This document shows positions 19,330 to 29,151 of a stretch of 64,000 nt of DNA, one piece after another. The translations under genes were made by a program, and so were the position numbers. Each line of letters begins with the position of its first letter. The first letter of the stretch is position 1. The notes under the pieces are model-generated. The model saw only the letters and a list, made by a program, of their open reading frames with translations, did no database searches and had not been told where the DNA came from. Origin of the DNA: Candidatus Babeliales bacterium (GTDB taxonomy: Bacteria > Babelota > Babeliae > Babelales > JACPOV01); NCBI GenBank assembly GCA_050250855.1, contig JBFWNW010000003.1, forward strand, positions 96,001 to 160,000. Direction: 5' to 3'.

Positions 19330-20622
19330 ATGACTCATCCCATCAAATGTTCTATTAAAGAAGAAAATCCACAGTTTTGCCATTTAACGGTGGATATTCC
19401 CTGCCCTATCGTTAACGAACTGTATCAAGAAATTGCTCTCGCACAAAAAAGTGAAATACAAACGGTAGGATTTAGTAAGTATTCAACTCCTCTCTCTTAC
19501 ATCCAGCAACACTATAAAAATAGTATAACTGATCACATCAAAGAATTTTTATTCAAATTTTTTTTAATTAATTATCTTCAAGAATTTTTGCATCAAAAAA
19601 AATTACGCCTTTTTGGTGAGCCTCGTATTCTAGATATACATGTTGAGCCAGAACAAGATGCTATTTTTGAATTTGAACTTTCTCTTTCAAAACCAATAGA
19701 TTTTCGTGAATGGAAAAGCTTTCCTTTCAAAGCACCAAAAAGAAAAAATTACAAAGATATTGATCGCCAAGTTGAATCATTCATAAAACAAGAACATGAT
19801 GCAAAAAAGCAAATTACGGATGAAAATATCACTGTTGGAGATTGGGTTTGCTTTGATATTGGCCTTTGTTCAGCTAGTAATATTCCTTTGCTTAATAATC
19901 ATCATGAAAGTGCTTGGATTAAAATTGGTAGTGAAGAAGCTGATATACCCTTCCAAGAGCTTTTTGTAGGAAAAAAAAGAGGAGACTCGTTCTGCACAGA
20001 TCACCACTGCCTGCAAGAATATTTCAGCACTTCTATTAATACTCGTTATAACTTTTCTTTAAGCATCCAAGAAATTGTTCCCCATGCTTATTTTTGCTTT
20101 GATGATTTTAAACATCATTTTCGTCTTAAAAGCAATAAAGATGTTCATGAAAAATTAATTGAAATATTTTCTTATCGTGATGATCTTTCTCAACGCAGAG
20201 GAATAGTAGAAGAAGCGCTCAAACTTCTCATATCTAAACATCATATTGAAACGCCACATTATCTTATTTTGCGCCAACAAAAATTAGTTCTTGAAGCGGT
20301 ACAATCAAACCCGGATTATCAAGTATACAAAACAGAACCAACCTTCAAAGATTTTATTCGTCAACTTGCCACCAAACAAGTCAGAGAAATGATTTTAATT
20401 GATCAACTTGCTGTTGATGAAAATATTAAAATTAATAATCAAGATTTAAAAGCTTATCTTAATTTACTCAAACGGGCACGCACTAAAGAGTTCATCTATT
20501 TTACGCCGCCTCCAACAAAAATTGAAGGACAAGAAATGCCTATTCCAAGCGGTTTACTTAAGCGCACCTGCCTTCGTGAAAAAACATTAAATCATGTAAT
20601 TCATCATCTAACAAGGAAGTAA
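19330..20622 (+). CDS. Trigger factor-like protein (divergent)
   Basis: 430 aa directly after tRNA-Leu (the usual tig context); GFSKYSTP in place of GFRxGxxP; GDWVCFDI FKBP-like start. Confidence 0.7.
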   Translation: MTHPIKCSIKEENPQFCHLTVDIPCPIVNELYQEIALAQKSEIQTVGFSKYSTPLSYIQQHYKNSITDHIKEFLFKFFLINYLQEFLHQKKLRLFGEPRILDIHVEPEQDAIFEFELSLSKPIDFREWKSFPFKAPKRKNYKDIDRQVESFIKQEHDAKKQITDENITVGDWVCFDIGLCSASNIPLLNNHHESAWIKIGSEEADIPFQELFVGKKRGDSFCTDHHCLQEYFSTSINTRYNFSLSIQEIVPHAYFCFDDFKHHFRLKSNKDVHEKLIEIFSYRDDLSQRRGIVEEALKLLISKHHIETPHYLILRQQKLVLEAVQSNPDYQVYKTEPTFKDFIRQLATKQVREMILIDQLAVDENIKINNQDLKAYLNLLKRARTKEFIYFTPPPTKIEGQEMPIPSGLLKRTCLREKTLNHVIHHLTRK

Positions 20623-21546
20623 ATGAACCAAAAGATACATAACGTTATTATTATAGGATCTGGCCCAGCAGGACTTACTGCAGGAGTTTATACGTCACGC
20701 GCAAATTTAGAGCCACTTATTATTGAAGGCGGAGAACCTGGCGGGCAGCTCATGGGAACAACGTATGTAGAAAACTGGCCAGGAGAAAAAAGTATCTTAG
20801 GTCCTACACTGATGAAAAATATGAGAGAGCACGCTCAACACACCGGCTGCACCTTTAAATCTGGCACGATAGAACGTGTTGATTTTTCACAACGCCCTTT
20901 CAAACTTATTACCAACAAACAAGAAGAACTTTTTGCTCACACTGTTATCATTGCAACGGGCGCTACGCCAAAACGCCTTGGTGTTCCTGGTGAAGAACAA
21001 CATTGGGGAAAAGGGGTCACTACGTGCGCTGTATGCGATGGTGCTTTTTATAAAGATAAACCAGTACTAATTGTCGGCGGTGGCGACACCGCTATGGAAG
21101 ACGCTTCATTCATGCTGCGCTATACCAATAACATTACTATAGTACAAATATCCGATTCATTAACGGCATCTGCCGCTATGCAAAAAAAAGTTGTTGGAAA
21201 ACCTGGCATTACGATCTTGTATAATAGTACCGTAAAGAAAATTATAGGCGATGGCTCATCAGTTAGCGGTGCTGTGGTTGTTGATAATGCAACAAAAAAA
21301 GAAAAAATGTTTGATGTCAATGCTGTATTTGTTGCTATCGGCTTACATCCTAATACGGCACCATTTAAAGATCATCTTGCCTTAGAAAAAAATGGTTACA
21401 TCAAAGTATCCGATCACACAAAAACATCTGTTGAGGGGGTTTTTGTTGCGGGCGATGTTGCTGATTATCGTTATCGCCAAGCTATTACCTCTGCAGGTGT
21501 TGGATGCATGGCCGCCCTTGATGCACAACGTTTCTTGGAAGAGTAA
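20623..21546 (+). CDS. trxB: Thioredoxin reductase
   Basis: GSGPAG, CAVCDG, GGGDTAMEDA and YRQAITSAG motifs. Confidence 0.97.
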   Translation: MNQKIHNVIIIGSGPAGLTAGVYTSRANLEPLIIEGGEPGGQLMGTTYVENWPGEKSILGPTLMKNMREHAQHTGCTFKSGTIERVDFSQRPFKLITNKQEELFAHTVIIATGATPKRLGVPGEEQHWGKGVTTCAVCDGAFYKDKPVLIVGGGDTAMEDASFMLRYTNNITIVQISDSLTASAAMQKKVVGKPGITILYNSTVKKIIGDGSSVSGAVVVDNATKKEKMFDVNAVFVAIGLHPNTAPFKDHLALEKNGYIKVSDHTKTSVEGVFVAGDVADYRYRQAITSAGVGCMAALDAQRFLEE

Positions 21547-21573
21547 TAAATAATACTATAAAAGGAGAGTATT

Positions 21574-22065
21574 ATGTTTGAAGAAGTAAGTCTGTTTATT
21601 GAATCAATTTTTGGCAAAGATCCTGATACGCTAAGCATGTGGCATATGTCCTTACGAGCTCTTGCTGTATATCTACTGGGTATAATTTTATTGCGCATCA
21701 ACAAACGGTTCATGAATGTGCGCACTGTTTATAACTTTTTTTTATATATTCTCATGGGATCAATCCTTGCCGGTACCATCGTTGGCATAACAGATTTTTT
21801 TGATTCATTGGCAACTATTGTTATCATTATGATGCTCAACGTTCTTATGAACTTTTTAGTCTTTTATTCTCCGTTCTTTGAAAAATTAATTAAAGGAGAA
21901 AGAGTTTTATTGGTAGAACATGGTACTATACGCTGGCAAAACATGAAAAAAGTACTTATTACACAAAACGAATTGTTAGAAGCTGCTCATCGTGCTAAAC
22001 TTGAAAACATTAGTCAGATAAAAAAAGCATATTTTGAAACAAATGGCGAAATCACCGTTATATGA
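21574..22065 (+). CDS. YetF/DUF421-like membrane protein
   Basis: N-terminal TM helices; LIKGERVLLVEHG...AYFETNGEITV. Confidence 0.8.
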   Translation: MFEEVSLFIESIFGKDPDTLSMWHMSLRALAVYLLGIILLRINKRFMNVRTVYNFFLYILMGSILAGTIVGITDFFDSLATIVIIMMLNVLMNFLVFYSPFFEKLIKGERVLLVEHGTIRWQNMKKVLITQNELLEAAHRAKLENISQIKKAYFETNGEITVI

Positions 22066-22952
22066 ACATAAAAAATAGTATACAAACCTTTCTTTCTATT
22101 CTACTGGTGAGCTTAACGTTTATTTTAGGCAAAACATTAGAACATGTTTCTTCGCCATCATTACTATCCTTTTTACGATTTGCAACATCTTCTTTGTGCT
22201 TTCTCCCGTTTGTAAATTACGTATCGCTGAGAGCTATTTCATTAAAAAATTTCATTTTAATGGCTATAGCAAGTCTTTTTGGGATTGTCGCTTTTAATGT
22301 TTTCTTTTTCTCTGCCGTAAAATATACCTCTGCTATTAATATAGCACTGTTAAATGCCTTGGTTCCCTTGCTTACCGTTATTACCTCTATATTTATAAAA
22401 AAAACGTTCCCTTCTTTTAAAACAATCTTTCTCTTTCTTCTTTCATTTGCAGGATTAATGCTCCTGATAACAAAAGGAGATATCAGTATACTTTTTGCAC
22501 AAAGCTTCAAAGGTGAATTTTTAATGCTTTTGGGTTCCATAAGCTGGGTAATCTACGGCTATATTATAGAACGTATTAAATCTCGGTGCTCTATGATTGA
22601 TATTACCTTTGTAATAGGATTAATTGGTAGCTTAATTCTTGCGCTAATAACTTATTTTTCAGGAAGCCTAACGCTTCATGCTTTTAGTGCAATAACAACC
22701 TATGAATGGATTGCCATAATGTGCATAGGTGCTTTTGGCACTTCACTATCATTCTTTTTCTATAATACCATTATTCAAACGCTCAGCCCTAATAAAGCTA
22801 ATTTATTAGTGTTTACTCTTTCTCCGGTTGTTGTTGCATTGTATGCGGTGGTAGTAGAAAAACAAACATTAAATAGCTGGCAACTTCTTGGCATCATATG
22901 TATTCTTGCAAGTATTGTTCCACCGTTCATCAGCAAGGGCAAAAAATTATAA
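22062..22952 (+). CDS. DMT/EamA family transporter (copy 1)
   Basis: 10-TM pattern; AVKYTSAINIALLNALVP. Confidence 0.88.
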   Translation: MNIKNSIQTFLSILLVSLTFILGKTLEHVSSPSLLSFLRFATSSLCFLPFVNYVSLRAISLKNFILMAIASLFGIVAFNVFFFSAVKYTSAINIALLNALVPLLTVITSIFIKKTFPSFKTIFLFLLSFAGLMLLITKGDISILFAQSFKGEFLMLLGSISWVIYGYIIERIKSRCSMIDITFVIGLIGSLILALITYFSGSLTLHAFSAITTYEWIAIMCIGAFGTSLSFFFYNTIIQTLSPNKANLLVFTLSPVVVALYAVVVEKQTLNSWQLLGIICILASIVPPFISKGKKL

Positions 22953-22965
22953 TCTTGAGAATTCA

Positions 22966-23844
22966 ATGAAAATAAAAGACATACTACTTTTTAGCGTCTG
23001 CATATTTTTTATAAGTTTAAATTATATCTCTGGCAAATTTCTTTCTGAAGTACCATGCCCTGCAGCTATAGTTCTTCTTCGCTTTTTAATTTCTTCTCTA
23101 TTATTTCTCCCTTTTGTATCATTTTCTTCGGTCAAAGAAATTACGCGCAAAGATTTCCTTCTTATTATAGTAAGTAGCTTTTTTGGCGTTTTTGCTTACA
23201 ATTACCTTTTTTTTATGGCAGTAAAATGTACCCTCCCTATTAATATTTCACTCGTAAATGCCCTTATTCCTTTTCTCACCCTTATATATTCAGCATTCAT
23301 ATTTAACACAAAACCTACCTGGAAAGAAATCGTGCTCTTTTGTATGTCGCTGATAGGTATTGTTTTTGTTATCACCAAAGGAAATTTTAATCTTTCCTTA
23401 TTTAAAACATTTAAAGGTGAACTGTACATGCTTGCAGGCGCTTCATGCTGGGTCTTTTATGGTTTTGTTATTAGAGCAATCAGTAAAACTATTCCTACTA
23501 TGACCATCACCTTTTTAACAGGGCTTTCTGGCTTAGTTTTTCTTGCATTATTTAGTCTTGTTGGCAATATTCCGCTTTTTACTATTCCAGTTTTGAAAAA
23601 ATCTGAATGGCTTGCCATAGCATATATTGGTAGCTTTGGCACTGCTGGCGTATTTTTTCTTTACAATCTTATTTTAAAATATTTCACAAGCAAAAAAACT
23701 AATCTGATTGTTTTCTCTTCTGTACCTATTACCGTTGCGTGCATATCAGCAGCCCTTCTTAATCAAACGCTCAATGAATGGCAATTAAGCGGCGGTGTAT
23801 TAATTCTTGCAAGTATACTCCCTATGGTTCTTCAAAAAGATTAA
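22966..23844 (+). CDS. DMT/EamA family transporter (copy 2, tandem paralog)
   Basis: Probable ATG at 22966; AVKCTLPINISLVNALIP and FKGE motifs shared with copy 1. Confidence 0.88.
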   Translation: MKIKDILLFSVCIFFISLNYISGKFLSEVPCPAAIVLLRFLISSLLFLPFVSFSSVKEITRKDFLLIIVSSFFGVFAYNYLFFMAVKCTLPINISLVNALIPFLTLIYSAFIFNTKPTWKEIVLFCMSLIGIVFVITKGNFNLSLFKTFKGELYMLAGASCWVFYGFVIRAISKTIPTMTITFLTGLSGLVFLALFSLVGNIPLFTIPVLKKSEWLAIAYIGSFGTAGVFFLYNLILKYFTSKKTNLIVFSSVPITVACISAALLNQTLNEWQLSGGVLILASILPMVLQKD

Positions 23845-23900
23845 CTTTACTTTTTTCTCCGTTAGTTTTATGAATGAATATAAGAATTATTGTAATAAGC

Positions 23901-24053
23901 GTTCGAATGCTTCGACGAGCTCAGCACGAACGGTTGTAACCATTTTTTTATTCCGTTCGCCCTGACCCCTCGTCAGCTTAATAGCTGCTCGGGACTAAAG
24001 GCTATTCGAGGGGGCCTGCCCTGAGCTTGTCGAATGGGTCGAAGGGTACGAAC
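23901..24053. repeat. GC-rich composite palindromic (REP-like) element
   Basis: TTCGACGAGCTCAGCACGAACGG...CCGTTCGCCCTGA...CCCTGAGCTTGTCGAATGGGTCGAAGGG with nested hairpins, in an AT-rich intergenic gap. Confidence 0.7.
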
Positions 24054-24071
24054 TCAAAAAAAGGAGTCCTA

Positions 24072-25655
24072 ATGAATAAAAAGTTTTCCGCTTTACTTTT
24101 ATTTGCAGCATTATCCATCTCTCAAACTAACTATTCAAGAACGGTTAATCTTGCTATTTCTCTTGATGACAACATTTCAAACTGGCCCATTAGCGGACTT
24201 ACCTTTTATTCTGAACGTCCTGTTTTTCGTTCCGCCTCACCAGAAAAAACTGTTCTTTTTCGAGATAGAGCTCTTGCACGCGAGTGTGGCCTTAGCGGTG
24301 CATTTCAAGTAGTACCGCTTGGAGGCCGTTCTGGAAAACGTGGTCGCCTTAATGAATGGTTCACGTTTAATAACCTTGAGACGGTCATTGTTGCTGAAGA
24401 TGCTGCTCCTGGATTTTTGGTAAATGGTGTACTTGACCCTAATTTTCGCAATGTCAATGCTTTACACTTTAACATTCAAACCGTTGGTAGAGATTTCAAA
24501 AGTGCCTTTATCTTTCAACCGCGCCATTCATTTGCCGGTGTAGGTATTGATCATAAACAATATCTTCATAGCAGAGATGCCTGTGAAAAAAAATGGTGGT
24601 TTGAATGGTCAACGCCAATAATTTGGGTACAGCATGATATGAACATTACTGAGTCTATTTTAAATCAAGGTACACCACTTAATGATAATGTTAATACCAG
24701 CATAAAAGAAGCTTTCAAAGGACAAAAAGGTTATTATAATGCAAATACAGGATTAGTTACTGGTGAAAAATGGCACTACGGCAAAATTAATGGCACACGA
24801 GAACGTGTATTCTTTGGCGATTTTGAAGTAAAACTTGGCTACGATTTTGTATGTGAGGAAGATTGCCATGCTGATGGCTATATCGGTGGCATTATTCCTG
24901 CCAGCACAAAGCCAGATTCAGAGTATGTTTTTGAACCGCTTACGGGTAATGGCAACCATGCTGGCGTTATGTTCGGTGGCTCTGCTGGTTGGGAATATTG
25001 GTCACGTTGCGAGCATCATTTGGCTATAGAGGCAGAATTCAACTGGCGTTATTTGTTTAAAAATACACAACGCCGCACTATAGAGTTCCAAAAAAAACCA
25101 TGGAGCCGTTATATGCTTATCTTTAAAAACTTTGAAGACACACAAAATAATATAGCTACCAATGCTATTAATGAATTTAGCCCTAAAGTTGAGGTGCGCC
25201 CGCGCTTTAATGCAGACGTCAACCTTGGCTTCCTCTATACTCGCTGCAACCTTGAGCTAGAAGCTGGCTACAACGTTTGGTTCAGACAGTCTGAGAAGGT
25301 ATCAGCAAAAGAATTTAATACTGAAGCTGCCTTTGCCGCTGTGCCAGCAGGAATTACGATTGCCAATAGAATCAACAGAGCTATAACGATTGGAGAAAAC
25401 TTTGATAGTGCTTTCATAAACGTTATTAATCAAGCAACCTATGAAGCAAACCGCATATACAACAGCAACATGAATTTTGGTATTGCATCCCACCCAACAA
25501 CTATTGCTCATACTATATATAGCTCAATTGGTGGACGCTGGGATCACCTCTGTTTCCCTGTAGCAAGTGGCATCGGTGCTTCTTATTCATTCTCATCGAA
25601 TGGCAGCACGCTAAATAAGTGGATGCTCTGGGGCAAACTAGCAGTTTCTGTATAA
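24072..25655 (+). CDS. Secreted protein, putative outer-membrane beta-barrel
   Basis: AGGAG RBS and ATG at 24072; signal peptide; C-terminal strand WMLWGKLAVSV. Confidence 0.65.
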   Translation: MNKKFSALLLFAALSISQTNYSRTVNLAISLDDNISNWPISGLTFYSERPVFRSASPEKTVLFRDRALARECGLSGAFQVVPLGGRSGKRGRLNEWFTFNNLETVIVAEDAAPGFLVNGVLDPNFRNVNALHFNIQTVGRDFKSAFIFQPRHSFAGVGIDHKQYLHSRDACEKKWWFEWSTPIIWVQHDMNITESILNQGTPLNDNVNTSIKEAFKGQKGYYNANTGLVTGEKWHYGKINGTRERVFFGDFEVKLGYDFVCEEDCHADGYIGGIIPASTKPDSEYVFEPLTGNGNHAGVMFGGSAGWEYWSRCEHHLAIEAEFNWRYLFKNTQRRTIEFQKKPWSRYMLIFKNFEDTQNNIATNAINEFSPKVEVRPRFNADVNLGFLYTRCNLELEAGYNVWFRQSEKVSAKEFNTEAAFAAVPAGITIANRINRAITIGENFDSAFINVINQATYEANRIYNSNMNFGIASHPTTIAHTIYSSIGGRWDHLCFPVASGIGASYSFSSNGSTLNKWMLWGKLAVSV

Positions 25656-25681
25656 TACGTCCTATACCTGCTTTGAACCTT

Positions 25682-25713
25682 AAGGGGAGCTCAAAAAGCT
25701 CCCCTTCTTTTTT
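25682..25713 (+). terminator. Rho-independent terminator
   Basis: AAGGGGAGCT-CAAAA-AGCTCCCCTT followed by a T-run. Confidence 0.8.
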
Positions 25714-25788
25714 GATTTGAAAAATCTATTATTTTGCCGTATACTAGGACGTATCTAGAGAAAATAACGTCAAGAAAGAAGGCACATT

Positions 25789-25941
25789 ATGTCAATAACC
25801 TATAAACCAAGTCGTAAAAAACGTAATAGAAAACACGGTTTTCGCAAACGTATGAAAACCAAAGATGGCCGCAAAGTATTAGCTCGCCGCCGTGGCAAAG
25901 GCAGAAAACGCCTAGCAGTTCGCTCTCGCAAAACACGCTAA
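25789..25941 (+). CDS. rpmH: 50S ribosomal protein L34
   Basis: [42 protein letters not shown]...; below the ORF-track size cutoff; precedes rnpA. Confidence 0.96.
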   Translation: MSITYKPSRKKRNRKHGFRKRMKTKDGRKVLARRRGKGRKRLAVRSRKTR

Positions 25942-25943
25942 TC

Positions 25944-26273
25944 ATGCCCTCATTTGTTCGTTCTTTAAGCCAGTTTTTACCTCACGAGCTGAGAAATCTC
26001 TTTAAAACAGCACAAACTACGCTTATAGAGAACGGATTGACTATAAAGTTAGCGCCTAAATCAAAAGAATTTGGGCGCATTTTAATAGTAACTCCCCGAA
26101 AAAGTGGTAATGCTGTACAGCGAAACCGCATAAGACGACGTCTTAAATCAATCTTCTATCAAGAAAAGCTGTTTGAGCGCGGCTCAGACTGCATTGTATT
26201 TGTCGGAGCACAAGCACCATTGCTTGCTTTTGATGATCTAAAAAATTTATTACTTAAAGCATTTTCTGTATAG
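25944..26273 (+). CDS. rnpA: Ribonuclease P protein component
   Basis: RKSGNAVQRNRIRRRLK (RNR motif); follows rpmH. Confidence 0.93.
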   Translation: MPSFVRSLSQFLPHELRNLFKTAQTTLIENGLTIKLAPKSKEFGRILIVTPRKSGNAVQRNRIRRRLKSIFYQEKLFERGSDCIVFVGAQAPLLAFDDLKNLLLKAFSV

Positions 26274-26294
26274 TTAGAATAGCCAAGGATTATT

Positions 26295-27650
26295 ATGAAC
26301 AACATTGAGCACATACAACCAGCCTATGTCTTTACCCAACCAAATAAACCATTACTTGCATTGCCTGTTGAAGGAACAACCTCAAGCAAAGTTATTGATT
26401 TAGTCAAAAAAGGGGTTAATCAATATGAACACCATAATTTTGACATGGCAACCATGTATTTCAAACAAGCACTTAAACTTGATGCTCTTCCTGTTATAGC
26501 AAACAATCTTGCCTGCATTGCGCTTATACAAAACAATCAAGAAAAAGCTAAAACCTATTTGGTCAATGCACCGGGCAACACACTCTTAAGCTACAACTTA
26601 GCAATAATTCATTATCAAGAAAATAATATACCAGAAGCTGAGCGTCTCCTTACGGAAATAACTACTCAGCCGCTTGCTTTTAAAGCACAACTCTTTTTGA
26701 GCTTTATACAGTATGAACATAAAAATTTTCAAAAAGCTTTAGAGGTACTTGAGACCATAGTTCCTACTGAAAATAATCCTTATGAACAAGAAATTATACA
26801 GTATCATAAAATAGCAGTTCATGCTGCTTTGCAAAACTATGCCGCAGCAACTGCCGTAGCGCCAACTTCTTTATTAGAAGAAAATCCATCGCAAGAAAAA
26901 AGTGGCGCAGAACCGTTCTTTGCTGAAACGTACAATAATCTTGGCTGCACGTATCTTGATCAAAAGCAATATGCACCAGCACTTAAATGCTTAACGCATG
27001 GCTTCATGATTAATAAACTTATGGGGCAACCTGCTCTTAATACCACGCTTGCTTTTAATATCGGCCAAGCAGTATATGAACAAAATAAAAATAGCCAAAA
27101 ACCAGATGCATCTGATGAAAAAAAATATACGGTCAAAACAATACGCTTTAACAATAAATTTCTTGCTTATGCACTACCAGAAGAAGATGGTGCTTTGAGA
27201 CAGCTTCTCATGACTTCATTTACTCATATAGATCAAAGAAATTTCAAGGCAGTATTAAAAGGTATGCAAGATGCTCTTGACCTTTTTCCCGATTCATTTG
27301 CGGTGTATAACAATTATGTTGTTGCTTTGTATGTAACCCATGCGCTGCAGCCGCACCTTGTTTCTGCGCAAGATATGAATAAAAAATTTGTTGCTTATAT
27401 GATTAAAACAAAAGAGTTAGCAGTCACTAAACAAGAACTAGGCATTATGCTTAATAACCTTGCATGCACTATGCCAGAAAAAGAATCTGCGCAAGCACTT
27501 GCTATGCAACATGCTGCTATTGCACATGATGCGCACAAAGAATATCTTATCAATTTAGGATTCTTGGCTATGAAGCCGCTAGAAAAAGAACTCCAAGCTT
27601 CTTTGCACCATAATAAACAAGAAAAAGTACAAGAAGCACAATCTGCTTAG
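26295..27650 (+). CDS. Tetratricopeptide-repeat protein
   Basis: Repeated NNLA/YNLA/YNNLG TPR helices. Confidence 0.8.
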   Translation: MNNIEHIQPAYVFTQPNKPLLALPVEGTTSSKVIDLVKKGVNQYEHHNFDMATMYFKQALKLDALPVIANNLACIALIQNNQEKAKTYLVNAPGNTLLSYNLAIIHYQENNIPEAERLLTEITTQPLAFKAQLFLSFIQYEHKNFQKALEVLETIVPTENNPYEQEIIQYHKIAVHAALQNYAAATAVAPTSLLEENPSQEKSGAEPFFAETYNNLGCTYLDQKQYAPALKCLTHGFMINKLMGQPALNTTLAFNIGQAVYEQNKNSQKPDASDEKKYTVKTIRFNNKFLAYALPEEDGALRQLLMTSFTHIDQRNFKAVLKGMQDALDLFPDSFAVYNNYVVALYVTHALQPHLVSAQDMNKKFVAYMIKTKELAVTKQELGIMLNNLACTMPEKESAQALAMQHAAIAHDAHKEYLINLGFLAMKPLEKELQASLHHNKQEKVQEAQSA

Positions 27651-27661
27651 TATATAAAAAT

Positions 27662-27693
27662 AAAAAGGCGCTTGTATTTCAAAGCGCCTTTTT
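27662..27693. terminator. Bidirectional terminator
   Basis: AAAAAGGCGCTT...AAGCGCCTTTTT between convergent genes. Confidence 0.8.
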
Positions 27694-27710
27694 GTCTTCT
27701 TTTTCAGTCT

Positions 27711-29138
27711 TTACTTCACAAGCCCCTTCTGTTGAAGATCTGAGTACTTAATTGATCCATACTTTTCTAAAGTATCTTTTAAAGTAGGTTCTTGATAAAT
27801 ACCCTCGAACTTAAGATAAGGAATTAAATCTAGATTCACTAACCATGATTCAGGATTTCTCCTCAATTGCAACGTATGACCAAAATAGTACATTTTATTT
27901 GCAAATGATTTAAGTTCTTGCTGCAACTTTTTATCTTTAACTTTTTCTATAAGTTTCTGCAATGGTGAGTTCCTGCTTTCATACCACTCAAATAATGGAA
28001 TATTAAATAAGTTCTCAAGTCCAGCCGATTGCGTTGGATACCTAATAAACCATCGGAATAACTGTATAAATCCTTGATATGTTAATTCTACACTAGCATC
28101 ACCCTGCTGCATAATCTGACGCAATTCAGATTCTGAAACATCGCTCTTTTCAAGCAAGGTCTTAATATGTTTTGCAAAGTTTTCATGTTCTTTATTTCGT
28201 TGTTTAATGAGCGTTTCAAGATCATTATAAGATATATTTTGAGGCAAACGTTGCTCACGCACAAAAGGAACGCCACCAAGCTTAGATGAAGGTGCCTCTA
28301 CAGGAATTTCTTTTTGACTCGTAGGTCTAGCTGGCTCAAACTGCTGAGGTGCTTGCTGTGTCATGTGCTGAGAAAAACTTTGCATAAGTTTAAGCACCTC
28401 TTCATATTCTTTTTGATAACGTGTATCATGCAATTTAGAGAGTAAAGATTGTCCATAAATACCCTCAAATTGAAAATTCGGTATCATATTTATAAATGAC
28501 GTATTATATAAGTAAGTTAAAGGATTTCTAAAAAAATAAAGATCTCCAGCATTTTGTAAATCTTCTGCGACCTTTTTAGCTTCTTCATTGGTTAGAAGTT
28601 TTACAAAGTCTCTAAATTTACTAGCTTCTGGTGCAGAGCCATAACTCACATATATATTAGATCCAATTAACTTGTTTAATTCATCAAAACTATACTCATC
28701 ACGAATCCACAAACGCCATCCTTCAATAAATGCCCGATACTGCGAATCGATAAGCTTACGGCCTAAGGCAGCAAAAATTTTCTGTTTTTGTACATCAATG
28801 GACTTCTCTTTTACTAATTCCTCCATAAACTTTTTGAGGCTTTCTTGCTCTTCGTTACGCATTGCAATTAAATTTTTGAAGCCCTCTTTGTCAATATGCT
28901 TAAAGCCACGATAGACAATAGGCTTTTCGCGTGCAAAAAGAAGCTGCCCAAAAGAAGGCTCAGTTTGTGGCGGTGGTGATGGTGGAAAAACAACTGGTCG
29001 TGCACCCTCCGCTCTATTCAAGAGTTCTTGCAAACGCTGCAGCTCCCCTTCAAGAATTCTCAGTTCCTGTGTTAATTGCTGCTCTGCAGCACAGCAAAGA
29101 GCATTCCACAGAAAAATAGTTAATAGTTTTTTATACAT
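27711..29138 (-). CDS. Secreted hypothetical protein with two tandem copies of an unknown domain
   Basis: Signal peptide, coiled-coil, PPSPPP; repeated motifs YRAFIEGWRLWIR/YQGFIQLFRWFIR and IPNFQFEGIY/IPYLKFEGIY. Confidence 0.75.
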   Translation of the reverse strand: MYKKLLTIFLWNALCCAAEQQLTQELRILEGELQRLQELLNRAEGARPVVFPPSPPPQTEPSFGQLLFAREKPIVYRGFKHIDKEGFKNLIAMRNEEQESLKKFMEELVKEKSIDVQKQKIFAALGRKLIDSQYRAFIEGWRLWIRDEYSFDELNKLIGSNIYVSYGSAPEASKFRDFVKLLTNEEAKKVAEDLQNAGDLYFFRNPLTYLYNTSFINMIPNFQFEGIYGQSLLSKLHDTRYQKEYEEVLKLMQSFSQHMTQQAPQQFEPARPTSQKEIPVEAPSSKLGGVPFVREQRLPQNISYNDLETLIKQRNKEHENFAKHIKTLLEKSDVSESELRQIMQQGDASVELTYQGFIQLFRWFIRYPTQSAGLENLFNIPLFEWYESRNSPLQKLIEKVKDKKLQQELKSFANKMYYFGHTLQLRRNPESWLVNLDLIPYLKFEGIYQEPTLKDTLEKYGSIKYSDLQQKGLVK

Positions 29139-29151
29139 AGTAATTCCTTTT

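Noticed and set aside
23901..24053. CRISPR array or tRNA
   Set aside because: No regularly spaced repeats with unique spacers, no cas genes and no cloverleaf.
24027..24071. Upstream TTG start for the OMP-like ORF
   Set aside because: It lies inside the repeat element; the ATG at 24072 has an AGGAG RBS and begins a signal peptide.
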